A stretch of DNA of 64,000 bases from Nitrospirota bacterium (GCA_016207885.1 JACQZE010000003.1:421117-485116); one strand, 5' to 3'; counted from the stretch's first letter, positions 32,545-43,633 are shown. Numbers and translations: made by a program. The notes: a model not told the origin generated them from the sequence alone.

Positions 32545-33668
32545 TATTTAAACAACTGCAAGTAGGCAGCGAACACATACATCTTGCCCCGCTTGCCGCC
32601 GGTGATTTCTTTAAGAATACCGAACTTTTCCAGATCAACGATCAGTTTGTACGCCGATGCCGGTGATATTTTCGTTACCTCGCCTACTTTGGCGGCATCA
32701 ATCATCGGGTGTTGATACAAGTAATTGAGAATCTTCTGTGCGTTTGCCGTTCTGCTGCCCAGTGATTGTATCTGGTTATCCACCTGCTTTTGCAGCTTGA
32801 GGATGTTGTCAAAAGTGGAAATGCTGCTTTTAGCGGTTTCGATAATTCCCACCAGAAAAAACTTGAACCATTGCAGCAGGTCGTTCTTCTCTCTCACCCG
32901 CATCAGGTTATCGTAATAATGCGTGCGGTTGCGCTCGAAGAAATCCGACAAGTACAATACGGGCTGCTTCAATATTCCCTTGCTTACAAGATACAAGGTA
33001 ATCATCAACCGCCCCACGCGGCCATTGCCGTCGAGGAAAGGATGAATGGTTTCAAACTGGTAATGCACCAGTGCAATTTTTAACAGTTCCGGGAAATACC
33101 GGGTATCGTTATGAACAAACTGCTCAATATCACCCATCAACTCGCCGATAGAGGTATGCACCGGCGGCACAAAAACAGCATCGTCAATGGTTGCCCCGCC
33201 TATCCAGTTCTGGCTTCGCCTGAATTCACCCGGCTGTTTATGTTTGCCGCGCACGCCCTTCATCAAGGTCTTATGTGTCTCCATAACCAGGCGAGAGGAA
33301 AAGGGAAGTTTCTGCAACTTCGCAATCGCCCCGTTCATGGCCGCTACATAGTTCTGCACCTCTTCCCAGTCGTCCCTTTTATCCGGGGCAACGTCCTCCC
33401 TTTCCAGAAGTGCCTCCTCCATATTCGTCTGCGTACCTTCGATCTTGCTGGATTGAGTGGCTTCTTTCAGCACATGCATTCTGATGAAGAGGTCAATATT
33501 GGGGATGTAGTCCGAATACATATCCAGCCGGCCCAATTCACGATCCGCCTGTCCAAGCAGCTGAATCAACTCCATGTTGTCCAGCACCCAGGCCCGGTTG
33601 ATAAAGTTGGGCTGAAAGCTCTTGTAATGCCCTTGCTGCACATAACGGCCAGACTGAAACTTTTTCAT
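32544..33668 (-). CDS. Fic-family protein (AMPylase-type fold)
   Basis: Fic motif HPFLDGNGRVGRLM. 374 aa. Confidence 0.8.
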   Translation of the reverse strand: MKKFQSGRYVQQGHYKSFQPNFINRAWVLDNMELIQLLGQADRELGRLDMYSDYIPNIDLFIRMHVLKEATQSSKIEGTQTNMEEALLEREDVAPDKRDDWEEVQNYVAAMNGAIAKLQKLPFSSRLVMETHKTLMKGVRGKHKQPGEFRRSQNWIGGATIDDAVFVPPVHTSIGELMGDIEQFVHNDTRYFPELLKIALVHYQFETIHPFLDGNGRVGRLMITLYLVSKGILKQPVLYLSDFFERNRTHYYDNLMRVREKNDLLQWFKFFLVGIIETAKSSISTFDNILKLQKQVDNQIQSLGSRTANAQKILNYLYQHPMIDAAKVGEVTKISPASAYKLIVDLEKFGILKEITGGKRGKMYVFAAYLQLFK

Positions 33669-33827
33669 CTGTGTGTCCTTACCTTATATGAAATTAAAAT
33701 AACCGGCATTGTTATTTTAGATTATACGTAAAAACTAAAATAATGCAACCCTTATTTTAGTTTTCGTACAAAACGTGCAACGTATTGGTTACGGATAAAG
33801 GATTTAGGTACGATTTATGTAACGACT

Positions 33828-34259
<432 letters not shown>

Positions 34260-34311
34260 TTATTCTATTACAAATCAAGATATCGGTTATATTAGCAAAA
34301 AATCATTAATT

Positions 34312-37110
34312 ATGCCTTTTAAACCATTAATAGAAATATCCACGGCTGCTCGCGACACTTCTGACCCGAAGAGGGCTGAAAGGAACCTCGCAAGGTTCTT
34401 TGAAGAGAATCATAAGGGCGGGCTTGCCCATGAACATTTAGAAATTACAGCCAGGCTCTTTGCGTCAAGCCAGTTTCTCGCGAATTTCTGCATCGCCAAT
34501 CCTGAAGAGCTATATTCTGCAATAGATGAGAGCAATAATGAGGTTACCAAAGAGCTTCTTCAGCTAAGGGCGGTTAGAGAACTCGTCTTCAGTGAAGGAG
34601 CTGATACAAATGATGTAATAAAGGCGCTCAGGATATTCAAGAAGCGTTATCTGCTGAGGATAACCTTGAGAGACCTTTCAGGCAAAGCGGGTATCCAGGC
34701 CATAATGCATGAACTCTCCCGTCTTGCGGAGGTTGTTATTTCCGAAGCGCTCTCCTTCTCTCTAAGATCCAATCAGTCAAGGTTCGGCGCGCCTTCTGAA
34801 AGCGCTGTCACTCTTATCGCCCTTGGAAAACTTGGAGGCGAGGAACTTAATTACAGCTCGGATGTTGACCTGATAGCTGTTTATGCCAATGATGAGGGAG
34901 AGACATCAGGCGTCGCAAACCCGTCAGGTGTGATCTTCAACAGGATAAGCAACCATGAGTTCTATTGCAAGGCCGTAGAGCTCTTCAGTAAATTGCTCTC
35001 CGCGCAGACTGAAGACGGGGTTGCATACAGGGTTGACCTGAGGTTAAGGCCGCAGGGGCAAAAGGGAGACATAGCCCTGCCTGTCAAGGCATATCAGACT
35101 TATTATGAGTCATGGGGCCGGACATGGGAGAGGATGGCGCTTATAAGGGCGAGGCCTGTAGCAGGCGATACAAAGTTGGGCGCGGCGTTCATGAAGACGG
35201 CAAATTCATTCGTCTGGAGAGAGACGCTTGACTTCACTGAGATAGAGGAGATCAAGGGGCTGAAGAAGAGCATAGACTCCGCATTCTCAAGAGATGATAT
35301 TAAACGCGGTTACGGCGGCATCAGGGAGGCTGAGTTCTTTGTCGAGACGTTTCAGCTTCTGTTTGCCGCAAAGAACAGCTCTTTAAAGACCTGCAGGATA
35401 CTTGACGCCATCAAGGCGCTCAAGGATATGAAGATGATCCCTGAGGAAGACCTTACGATACTTTGGGAAAACTACCTTTATTTAAGGCGCGTTGAGCACT
35501 ATCTTCAGATGAAGGAAGACCTTCAGACACACACTCTGCCTTCATCTGATGAAGAGATTGAAGCTCTCGCGAAGAATATGGGCTTTCCGTCCGGCGAGGA
35601 CTTTCTTGCAGGCCTGCGTGTGAGGAGGATGCAGGTCAAGTCCATGTACAACGGGCTGCTCGGCACCACTGAGGATGTCCATACTGAGGCGCTGAACCTG
35701 CTGGAAGGCGAGCTGAAAGACCATGAGCTCAGAAGCTACCTTTCATTCAGAAAGGTGAGAAAGCCTGATCAAAGTTTAATGAACCTCAACAAGATAAGAG
35801 AGCACATGCGCGTCTTCCGCACGATGCAGGAGCGTTCTCTGTCAAGAAAGGTCATGCCGCAGCTTCTTGAAAGCGCCCTGACCGCTGAGGATCCTGACAG
35901 CGCTATCGCCGGCATTGAAAGCCTGCTGACATCATTCGGCATAAAGACAGCCCACCTTACAGCCCTTATGGAGCAGAAGGAACTGATGGAAGGCATTATC
36001 AAGATATTTTCATTAAGCTCTTATCTCTCAAGGATATTCCTCAGCAGCCCGTACTATTTTAATATGCTGATCGAAGACTGGTTCATATATAAGACGCTCA
36101 AGTCCATAGAGGAAAAACTCCAAAAAACAACCAGTGAAAATGAAGATTTTAATTTTCAGGCCGCAAGGTTCAGGAGGCTTGAAGAGGTCCGTCTCGGAAT
36201 GCTCTTTCTTCAGAAGATACTTGATACTGAGACCCTTTTCAGGGACATGTCATATCTTGCGGAAGCGGTCATTAACGTGATAACGGATAAATATATTCAG
36301 AGCGGGCTTTCCGTTGTCGCACTCGGAAAACTCGGCGGAAGAGAGATGACCTTCGGATCCGACCTTGACATAATCTTTATTGCAGAGACATCTGAAGCAG
36401 CTTCAGCAGCTGAAAAGATCATGAAGTCGCTGACATCATATACCGACGCCGGGCTGCTCTACAGTGTTGATACAAGGCTGAGGCCCGACGGTTCAAAAGG
36501 CAGCCTTGTCAAGAATATAAAAGGATATAAAGATTACTATCTTGAGAAGGCGCATCCGTGGGAACTTCAGGCTCTGCTTCGGGCAAGGCCTGTGGCCGGC
36601 GACGCGGAGATAGGAGATGAGTTTTTGTCTATGGCTTCATATGTGATAAAAAAGAGAGGCATTGATGTGAAGAAGCAGGAGATAGCCGGCATGAGGAAGA
36701 GGATAGTGAAAGAGCTGTCGCGGGAATCCGACGGCATTGATATCAAGCTCGGCCCCGGAGGCATAGAGGAGATCGAATTTCATGTCCAGTATCTCCAGCT
36801 TCATAACGCGGAAAAGTATCCGGAGGTGCTTGTCCAGAATACGCCAGCCGCGATCAAAAGGCTTGCCAAATCCGGAATAATCTCAGAGACGGAAAAGACG
36901 ATATTGCTTGATGCGTATGAATACCTGCGAAAGATCGAGACGCTTATGAAGCTGAACAGCATAAATATTATCAACTCTGACCCTGACTTCATAGTGCCTG
37001 CGGCTCTCTTTATGAAGCATAAGAACAGCGATGAGTTCCTCGCACGCCTGAGGTCTGTGAGAGAGGGCGTGACCAAAGTTATCTTTGATGTTATAGAATA
37101 TAAACCATGA
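34312..37110 (+). CDS. glnE: bifunctional glutamine synthetase adenylyltransferase/adenylyl-removing enzyme
   Basis: Two nucleotidyltransferase motifs (LIALGKLGGEELNYSSDVDLIAVY and VVALGKLGGREMTFGSDLDIIFIA) in a 933-aa protein. The start was trimmed to the ATG at 34312. Confidence 0.85.
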   Translation: MPFKPLIEISTAARDTSDPKRAERNLARFFEENHKGGLAHEHLEITARLFASSQFLANFCIANPEELYSAIDESNNEVTKELLQLRAVRELVFSEGADTNDVIKALRIFKKRYLLRITLRDLSGKAGIQAIMHELSRLAEVVISEALSFSLRSNQSRFGAPSESAVTLIALGKLGGEELNYSSDVDLIAVYANDEGETSGVANPSGVIFNRISNHEFYCKAVELFSKLLSAQTEDGVAYRVDLRLRPQGQKGDIALPVKAYQTYYESWGRTWERMALIRARPVAGDTKLGAAFMKTANSFVWRETLDFTEIEEIKGLKKSIDSAFSRDDIKRGYGGIREAEFFVETFQLLFAAKNSSLKTCRILDAIKALKDMKMIPEEDLTILWENYLYLRRVEHYLQMKEDLQTHTLPSSDEEIEALAKNMGFPSGEDFLAGLRVRRMQVKSMYNGLLGTTEDVHTEALNLLEGELKDHELRSYLSFRKVRKPDQSLMNLNKIREHMRVFRTMQERSLSRKVMPQLLESALTAEDPDSAIAGIESLLTSFGIKTAHLTALMEQKELMEGIIKIFSLSSYLSRIFLSSPYYFNMLIEDWFIYKTLKSIEEKLQKTTSENEDFNFQAARFRRLEEVRLGMLFLQKILDTETLFRDMSYLAEAVINVITDKYIQSGLSVVALGKLGGREMTFGSDLDIIFIAETSEAASAAEKIMKSLTSYTDAGLLYSVDTRLRPDGSKGSLVKNIKGYKDYYLEKAHPWELQALLRARPVAGDAEIGDEFLSMASYVIKKRGIDVKKQEIAGMRKRIVKELSRESDGIDIKLGPGGIEEIEFHVQYLQLHNAEKYPEVLVQNTPAAIKRLAKSGIISETEKTILLDAYEYLRKIETLMKLNSINIINSDPDFIVPAALFMKHKNSDEFLARLRSVREGVTKVIFDVIEYKP

Positions 37111-38195
37111 TAATCCACAGACTGATATTCAAAGAGCTGCTCAGGAACTTTATGGTGGCGATATTCTCCCTCTCCGTGATCCTCTTCATGGAAAAGTTCG
37201 TCAGGCTCACAAAGCTTGTCATGGGCAAGGGCGCGGACCTCAAAGATATCATCAAGGTATTTCTCTACCTTCAGCCGTCGATACTCCTGCTCTCGATCCC
37301 GATGGCGATACTCATATCGATATTCCTTACATACGGAAGGATGTCCGCCGACAACGAGATAGTCATATTGAAAGGCAGCGGCATGAGCTTCGGCGGCATA
37401 GCCAGGTCATCTGTGACCATATCTATACTCGGTTTCGTCATTCTTCTCTTTGTCAGCCTTTATCTCTCACCGCTCAGTACGCGCTTATTCAAAGAGACGC
37501 TCCATGAGGCTATCACAAAAAAGGCATCCATGGCGCTTGAGGAAGAGTCCTTTTCAAAGGTATTTAAAGACACGGTGATCTATGTAAGGGATATGCCTTC
37601 AAGAAATGAATTCAACGGTATATTTTTATATAATGACTCCAAAAACCCGGTTCAAAATCCTGTAATTATCGTAGCTCAGAACGGGGCCATAAGCTCAAAC
37701 ATTGATGACGGCACGATAAAGCTGAGCATGAACAACGGCCTGATCCACACCTATAACAATGAGAACTCCTCAGAGATAAGGTTTTCCCAGTATGACTTTA
37801 TCCTTGCCTCAGGCATTAACACTGTGAACCAGTCAAAGCCGGCGGAGATGGAGACCACGGAACTGTGGAAAGGCAGAAATAAAAATCTTCCATGGAAGAT
37901 CGAGCTTAACAGGAGGCTCGCCATACCTTTCGCCTCTGTCATATTCGGCTTTCTCGGCCCTGCCCTTGCAAGCAGGATGGGCAAGATGGGCAGGATGGGC
38001 AGCTTCTCGTTCAGCCTCACGATACTTTTATTGTATTACCTCTTCCTTATAATGGGAGAAGGTTTTGCCAAGGCGGAAAAGATACCGGCATTCCTGAGCG
38101 GATGGGGGCCTAATATCTTTTTCGGGATCATTGCCGTATTCTTCTGTTATCTGGCTTATAAGGATAAACCTCTAAAAGCACACCGCCCGTTATGA
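37107..38195 (+). CDS. lptF: LPS export ABC permease LptF (YjgP/YjgQ family)
   Basis: The N-terminus IIHRLIFKELLRNFMVAIFSLSVILFMEKF and six TM segments are typical of the family. It is translationally coupled to lptG. Confidence 0.75.
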   Translation: MIIHRLIFKELLRNFMVAIFSLSVILFMEKFVRLTKLVMGKGADLKDIIKVFLYLQPSILLLSIPMAILISIFLTYGRMSADNEIVILKGSGMSFGGIARSSVTISILGFVILLFVSLYLSPLSTRLFKETLHEAITKKASMALEEESFSKVFKDTVIYVRDMPSRNEFNGIFLYNDSKNPVQNPVIIVAQNGAISSNIDDGTIKLSMNNGLIHTYNNENSSEIRFSQYDFILASGINTVNQSKPAEMETTELWKGRNKNLPWKIELNRRLAIPFASVIFGFLGPALASRMGKMGRMGSFSFSLTILLLYYLFLIMGEGFAKAEKIPAFLSGWGPNIFFGIIAVFFCYLAYKDKPLKAHRPL

Positions 38196-39262
38196 GCATA
38201 CTGCGCAGATATTTTTTAAAAGAGTTCTTCAAGTTCTTCCTGATATTCATATTAACCATTACCGCTATACTTGTTATCGCGGAGTTCTTTGACAAGGCCG
38301 ATGAATTCTATGCAAACAAAAGCCCTGTCTATCTCACATTCCAGTATCTCATATACAACTGCCCCAAATTCATTCTCTACGCATCGCCTATGGCGTCGCT
38401 TTTCTCCATACTCATTACGATCGGCATAGCTTCAAACCTGAGAGAGACTGTGGCGATCAAGGCGGGCGGGGGAAGCCTCAGAAAACTCTTCTCATCTTTC
38501 CTTGTGCTCGGCGCTGTCATAAGCGTCTTTACATTTATTGTCGGAGAGACGGTCGTGCCGGCTGCAACAAGAAAGGCGTCCTATGTCAGAAGCGTAAAAA
38601 TATTAAAAAAATCGCAGATAGTCACCTTCAGAGAAGAGGCGCTCTGGCTCAAAGGTCTGGATGGAAGCCTCATCCGCGTAAGGGACTTTGTCCAGGACAG
38701 CGACAAGATACTCCAGACGAGCATATTCAGCTTTGATCCGTCCTTTAAACTTCAGAAGAGGATCGAATCAGAAGAGGCTGAGTGGTCAGACGGGGCGTGG
38801 AAGCTGAAAAATTCAACCGTATTTGACCTTGATACCCAGGTAAGAGAGAAGCATGATTCCCTCGTCTCAAACGCCATGGACGAGCCCAAGATATTCAAGG
38901 AAGAGGTGAAGAAGCCTGATGAGATGAACTTCATCGAACTTCGCGATTATTACAACAGGCTGGAGAACGCGGGCTTCAAGAACCTCAAATACAAGGTCCA
39001 GCTATATGAAAAGCTGGCGTATCCCACGATTAATTTTGTCATGATAGTCTTTGGAGTAGCACTTGCGCTGAACACAAGATGGGGCGGAGGCGTCAGGGCT
39101 GCAGGGCTCGGCATCGTCGTGACCATCCTCTACTGGCTCGCCTACACAGTAAGCATCTCCCTCGGCAACACAGGAGCGATCGTCCCGTGGATAGCGCCAT
39201 GGATAGGCCCTGTAATATTCGGCGTTTCAGGGAGTTTGATGTATGTGAATATTAAGGAGTAG
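38192..39262 (+). CDS. lptG: LPS export ABC permease LptG
   Basis: MSILRRYFLKEFFKFFLIFILTITAILVIAEF and ...RETVAIKAGGGSL. Confidence 0.75.
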   Translation: MSILRRYFLKEFFKFFLIFILTITAILVIAEFFDKADEFYANKSPVYLTFQYLIYNCPKFILYASPMASLFSILITIGIASNLRETVAIKAGGGSLRKLFSSFLVLGAVISVFTFIVGETVVPAATRKASYVRSVKILKKSQIVTFREEALWLKGLDGSLIRVRDFVQDSDKILQTSIFSFDPSFKLQKRIESEEAEWSDGAWKLKNSTVFDLDTQVREKHDSLVSNAMDEPKIFKEEVKKPDEMNFIELRDYYNRLENAGFKNLKYKVQLYEKLAYPTINFVMIVFGVALALNTRWGGGVRAAGLGIVVTILYWLAYTVSISLGNTGAIVPWIAPWIGPVIFGVSGSLMYVNIKE

Positions 39263-39300
39263 GTTTGGATGCTCATTTTCGGTCGGTGTTAAACCGGTTG

Positions 39301-39573
39301 TTATCCTCTTTTTGCAATCAAATCACCTTCAATGTAACGATGGATTATTCCTGAAATAAGCGTTTGATAAGGCATACCCATTTCCATTGCTTTCTTCTGA
39401 ATGCCTTGATAGTCGTGGTCATAAAGACGTATGGTAATTCGCTTGTCTTTTATTATTGTCTTTCTTGCCGTAGCCTTAATAGCTGCAATTTCTTTTTTAG
39501 ATGGAGTGGAAAGTTTCATCTTCCCCTTCTCGTATGCCTCAACAATTGCTTTTTCTTCCTTGTCATATTTCAT
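39301..39573 (-). CDS. brnA: BrnA-family antitoxin (RHH)
   Basis: 90 aa with ...RITIRLYDHDYQGIQKKAMEMGMPYQTLISGIIHRYIEG. It lies downstream of, and 4 nt from, the toxin ORF. Confidence 0.7.
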   Translation of the reverse strand: MKYDKEEKAIVEAYEKGKMKLSTPSKKEIAAIKATARKTIIKDKRITIRLYDHDYQGIQKKAMEMGMPYQTLISGIIHRYIEGDLIAKRG

Positions 39574-39576
39574 TTG

Positions 39577-39855
39577 TTACACCTCCTTTTCATCTCTATA
39601 TATCTTGGTTGCTTTCCTACTTGGAATAATTGTTTTCAGGAAAATATAGTCTTTTTCAACAACGTGAGGAACAAGATAAATATAGTTGTCTACAACGACA
39701 AAGTATATTCTTTGTCCGGGGTAGCTGTCCTGGTCGGGATGGCCTGCAACTTTCCATACATCACCCCGCGCCAAATGGAAAACTATCTTCTCAAACGAAA
39801 TATTCCTTTCTCTTTTTAGCCACTCGTTCTTTTGCGGCTCCCATTCGTATTTCAC
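39577..39855 (-). CDS. brnT: BrnT-family toxin (DUF497 RNase)
   Basis: MKYEWEPQKNEWLKRERNISFEKIVFHLARGD ... IIPSRKATKIYRD has a BrnT-like N-terminus. Confidence 0.65.
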   Translation of the reverse strand: MKYEWEPQKNEWLKRERNISFEKIVFHLARGDVWKVAGHPDQDSYPGQRIYFVVVDNYIYLVPHVVEKDYIFLKTIIPSRKATKIYRDEKEV

Positions 39856-39863
39856 AATTTAAT

Positions 39864-39884
39864 TGTACATCATATGTCTGTACA
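39864..39884. promoter_or_regulatory. tandem TGTACA palindromes upstream of brnT (candidate BrnA operator)
   Basis: TGTACAtcatatgtcTGTACA within the brnTA promoter region. Confidence 0.3.
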
Positions 39885-39980
39885 GTTCAAGTTTGGATTG
39901 TGACAGTTTGTGACCCCATAAAGAGTCTAATATATATAATAATCATTGACACCCTGCCTTAATAGTTATATATAAATATC

Positions 39981-40820
39981 ATGGTCTACAAAAATATACT
40001 CGCGGCAGTGAATGAATTTTCAAACTCTGAGATAGCGGCGCGGTACGCGATCACACTTGCGAAGTCATCAGAGGCGAAGCTCTTCCTCGTCTTTATTGCA
40101 GATGAGAAGATCGAGAAGGAGAGGCTGCGGCATGCCGAGACTGCGCTTGAACGGCTCTTTATCGAGGCTGAAGAGACCGGCGTTGAGGTTGAGAGCATCA
40201 TCAAGAGCGGGGAACCAGCGGAGCAGATACTTGAGATCGTTAATGAACATGATATAGACATCGTCTTCACAGCCACAAGGAGGCAGGATGCAAAAGCGCG
40301 TTTCTTTGTGAAGACGCTCTCAAGGCAGCTCATGATAAAACTTCCATGCGCTGTTGCGATGGTGAGGGTTGTAAAGATGGGCGGCACGCATCTGAAGAAC
40401 ATTCTCGTGCCTCTGAGGGGCAGAACACCGGGGCTTAAAGAAAAGGCATACTTTGCCGCAAAGCTTGCCGAAGGCATGGGCTCAGGTGTAACTCTGCTGC
40501 ATACCCGCAAACCGGCTACGAAATTCTTTCACGGCGAGGTGCGCCTGAAACCGGTGCAGAGGGATGTTCAGATCCCGGAGGATATTAAAGAATTTTCAGA
40601 ATATCTGCATAAACATAACATCCCTGTTGAGAAGAAGATAGAATACGGCGGGGTTGCGAGAAGCATAACGGTAGAAGCAGCCTTCAGGAAGAATGACCTG
40701 ATCGTAATGGGGGCGAGTGAAAAGAGCCTGCTGAGTTCTATTGCAAGGGATAATCCTGTTGAACATGTTCTGCGGGAGACGCCTTGCAACCTGATAATAT
40801 TCAGAGGAAGAAAAAGCTGA
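39981..40820 (+). CDS. universal stress protein, tandem UspA domains
   Basis: 279 aa with two Usp-like halves (ILAAVNEF...LFLVFI...; ILVPLRG...LIVMGAS). Confidence 0.7.
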   Translation: MVYKNILAAVNEFSNSEIAARYAITLAKSSEAKLFLVFIADEKIEKERLRHAETALERLFIEAEETGVEVESIIKSGEPAEQILEIVNEHDIDIVFTATRRQDAKARFFVKTLSRQLMIKLPCAVAMVRVVKMGGTHLKNILVPLRGRTPGLKEKAYFAAKLAEGMGSGVTLLHTRKPATKFFHGEVRLKPVQRDVQIPEDIKEFSEYLHKHNIPVEKKIEYGGVARSITVEAAFRKNDLIVMGASEKSLLSSIARDNPVEHVLRETPCNLIIFRGRKS

Positions 40821-40829
40821 CGGCTGATC

Positions 40830-43568
40830 ATGCACATACACAACCTCTCAACAGATGCCGCGCTCAAGAGCCTTCTCACTTCTTCTAAAGGGCTCTCCGA
40901 AGCCGAGGCGTTAAAAAGGCTTAAGGAATACGGATCGAATGAGATAAAGGAAGTAAGGAGAACTCCGCTCTATAAAAAGTTCATTTCGCAGTTCACGCAT
41001 TTTCTTGCCATCCTCCTCTGGATCGCTGCCGTGCTCTGCTTCTTCTCAGAATTCATGCATCCGGGCGAAGGATTGCTCTCACTCGGCATAGCGATAACAG
41101 TGGTAATAATTATCAACGCGGTCTTTACATTCATACAGGAATACCGTGCGGAAAAGGCTGTGGAGGAGCTGAAGAAGCTCCTGCCGTTCAGGGTAAAGGT
41201 ATTGAGAGACGGCGCGGTAAAAGAGATAGAGTCCGGCAATGTGGTTCCCGGAGATATGATGCTCCTCAGCGAGGGCGACAAGGTGCCTGCGGACGCGAGG
41301 ATAATTGAATCAAACCGCCTGACGGTAAATAACGCGCCTCTCACAGGCGAATCTGATTCAAAGCAGAGAAGGCCTGACGAATCTATTGGCGAGTTTTTTG
41401 AGAGCCCGAATATCGTATTTGCCGGAACACTTGTTGTAAGCGGCAGCGGAAGGGCTGTGGCGTTCGCAACAGGCATGTCCACTGAGTTCGGCAAGATAGC
41501 CCATCTCACCGGCGGGGTACAGGAGTTACTGAGCCCTCTTCAGAAAGAGATCACCAGAGTAACAAAGATCGTAGCGGTCATCGCGATGATCACAGGGATA
41601 TCTTTTTTCACTCTGGGATTTTTTGTTGGAAAGGGGTTTTGGCAGAATTTCCTATTTGCTATCGGCATTATTATCGCGAATGTGCCTGAAGGCCTTTTGC
41701 CGACTGTCACGCTATCACTTGCAATGGGAAGCCAGAGAATGGCAAAGAAGAAGGCGTTGATAAAGACGCTCAATTCTGTTGAGACGCTCGGCTCTGTCAC
41801 AGTCATCTGCACTGACAAGACAGGCACGCTCACACAGAACAAGATGGAGGTTCAGAAGATTTGGAGATTGGAAAGGCAGGGGTTAGAAGATAGACAGCCC
41901 CTCTTTGGAAAAGAGGGGGAAGGGGAGATTTTAAAAAAAGATAATTCCTTCAGCATGCTTATGACAACCGCATCCTTCTGCAACAATGCTGAATTTGACG
42001 GGGAGAGATACAAAGGCGATCCAACAGAGGTTGCGATCCTTAAAGCCGCGAGAAAGGCTATCGGCGATCTTCATTCTGAAAGGGTTTACGAGATACCTTT
42101 TGATTCAGAGAGAAAGAGGATGACGACGGTAAATAAGACAGTTGTTTCTACCAAGGGCGCCATGGAGACTGTCTTTCCGCTATGCAATGCAATTCTTATA
42201 AACGGCAAAGCTGAGGCGATGAGCGAGGATAATAAAAAGACGATCACTCAGGCTTATCATTCAATGATGGATGAAGGATTAAGAGTTATCGCATTCGCGT
42301 ATAAGGAAATAGAAAATCCCCCCATCCCCCCTTTGACAAAGCCAACAGTAGGTGCCTTAAACAGGGGCGAGGGGGGATTAGCAGACTCATCACTTGAAAA
42401 AGACCTGATCTTCGCAGGCCTTATGGGGCTTCAAGACCCGCCACGATTGGAAGTGCCGGAAGCGATAAGAAAATGTAAGGCAGCAGGCATTAAGGTCATC
42501 ATGATAACAGGCGATGCGGGCAGGACAGCGGCTGCGATAGGAAGGCAGATCGGGCTTATAAAAAATGAACCGGTACTTATTGAAGGGCATGAGATGAACG
42601 CCATGACTGATAATGCGTTAAGAGAGAAGCTTTCATCAGAAGAGATCATCTTCGCGCGCATGACTCCTCTTCATAAGATGAGGATAGTCTCTGTTCTGCA
42701 GGATGAGGGCGAGCGTGTTGCCGTGACCGGCGACGGGGTCAATGACGCGCCCGCGCTGAAGAAGGCGAACATCGGCATTGCGATGGGAATCACGGGAACA
42801 GATGTCGCAAGAGAGGCTTCTGACATGATCCTTCTTGACGATAATTTCGCCTCGATCGTCAACGCGGTAGAAGAGGGAAGAAGCATTTTTTCTAATATCA
42901 GAAAATTCATCAGCTACATATTTGCATCCAACATACCTGAGGCTGTTCCGTATATCGGATATATAATTTTCAATATCCCTCTTCCTCTTACGATCATGCA
43001 GATACTTGTTATCGACCTTGGGACAGACCTGTTTCCCGCTCTTGCGCTTGGCGCCGAGAGGCCGACAAAAGATGTTATGAGCCAGCCTCCGAGAAGCCCG
43101 GAAGAGAGGCTCCTGAACTTCAACACGCTCGGCAGGGCATATTTATTCCTCGGCCCTATTGAGGCGCTCGCAGGCATATTCGGATTCTTCTATGTGCTCA
43201 ATGCCGGAGGATGGCAGTGGGGAACGATGCTCCCTGCGAATAATCTGCTTTATATGCAGGCAACAACAGCATGCCTTGCCGGAATTATCATCTCACAGAT
43301 AGGCAATGTCTTTGCGTGCCGATCATCTAAAGAATCCGTATTCAGCATCGGGGTCTTCTCTAACAGACTCATCATGTTCGGTATAATGTTAGAGATAATT
43401 CTTTCGGCATTTATCATCTACAATCCTATTGCAAATAAAATCTTCGGGACAGCGCCTCCCGGACAAAAGATATTGCTGGCCCTTATTCCTTTCGGCATCG
43501 GCCTGTTTTTAGCAGAGGAATTGAGGAAATTTTATGTCAGGAGGCTGGATAGAAAACATCATAATTGA
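40830..43568 (+). CDS. P-type cation-transporting ATPase (E1-E2, type II-like)
   Basis: ICTDKTGTLTQNKM (phosphorylation site), TGDGVNDAPALKKANIGIAMG and about 10 TM helices. 912 aa, with two in-frame repeat insertions. Confidence 0.85.
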   Translation: MHIHNLSTDAALKSLLTSSKGLSEAEALKRLKEYGSNEIKEVRRTPLYKKFISQFTHFLAILLWIAAVLCFFSEFMHPGEGLLSLGIAITVVIIINAVFTFIQEYRAEKAVEELKKLLPFRVKVLRDGAVKEIESGNVVPGDMMLLSEGDKVPADARIIESNRLTVNNAPLTGESDSKQRRPDESIGEFFESPNIVFAGTLVVSGSGRAVAFATGMSTEFGKIAHLTGGVQELLSPLQKEITRVTKIVAVIAMITGISFFTLGFFVGKGFWQNFLFAIGIIIANVPEGLLPTVTLSLAMGSQRMAKKKALIKTLNSVETLGSVTVICTDKTGTLTQNKMEVQKIWRLERQGLEDRQPLFGKEGEGEILKKDNSFSMLMTTASFCNNAEFDGERYKGDPTEVAILKAARKAIGDLHSERVYEIPFDSERKRMTTVNKTVVSTKGAMETVFPLCNAILINGKAEAMSEDNKKTITQAYHSMMDEGLRVIAFAYKEIENPPIPPLTKPTVGALNRGEGGLADSSLEKDLIFAGLMGLQDPPRLEVPEAIRKCKAAGIKVIMITGDAGRTAAAIGRQIGLIKNEPVLIEGHEMNAMTDNALREKLSSEEIIFARMTPLHKMRIVSVLQDEGERVAVTGDGVNDAPALKKANIGIAMGITGTDVAREASDMILLDDNFASIVNAVEEGRSIFSNIRKFISYIFASNIPEAVPYIGYIIFNIPLPLTIMQILVIDLGTDLFPALALGAERPTKDVMSQPPRSPEERLLNFNTLGRAYLFLGPIEALAGIFGFFYVLNAGGWQWGTMLPANNLLYMQATTACLAGIIISQIGNVFACRSSKESVFSIGVFSNRLIMFGIMLEIILSAFIIYNPIANKIFGTAPPGQKILLALIPFGIGLFLAEELRKFYVRRLDRKHHN
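41893..41932. repeat. palindromic element copy inserted in-frame in the P-type ATPase
   Basis: gacagCCCCTCTTtggaAAAGAGGGGGaaGGGGagatttt is translated as RQPLFGKEGEGEIL. It is nearly identical to the 3' half of the copy at 10746. Confidence 0.75.
42314..42383. repeat. palindromic element (long type with aagccaacagtagg core) inserted in-frame in the P-type ATPase
   Basis: aaaatCCCCCCatCCCCCCtttgacaaagccaacagtaggtgccttaaacaGGGGcgaGGGGGGattagc is translated as ENPPIPPLTKPTVGALNRGEGGLAD. It shares the core with the intergenic copy at 24001. Confidence 0.75.
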
Positions 43569-43593
43569 GATATTCACAGTCGTCAGTTAAGTA

Positions 43594-43622
43594 TTGACAA
43601 TTAATTTCGACAGGAGTAAATT
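43594..43622 (+). promoter_or_regulatory. sigma-70-like promoter for the riboswitch-kimA transcript
   Basis: TTGACA, a 17-nt spacer, then TAAATT. Confidence 0.45.
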
Positions 43623-43633
43623 AAAGTCACATA

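Noticed and set aside
39364-39819. 151-aa plus-strand ORF
   Set aside because: Antisense to the brnT/brnA pair. Low-complexity Leu/Phe-rich product.
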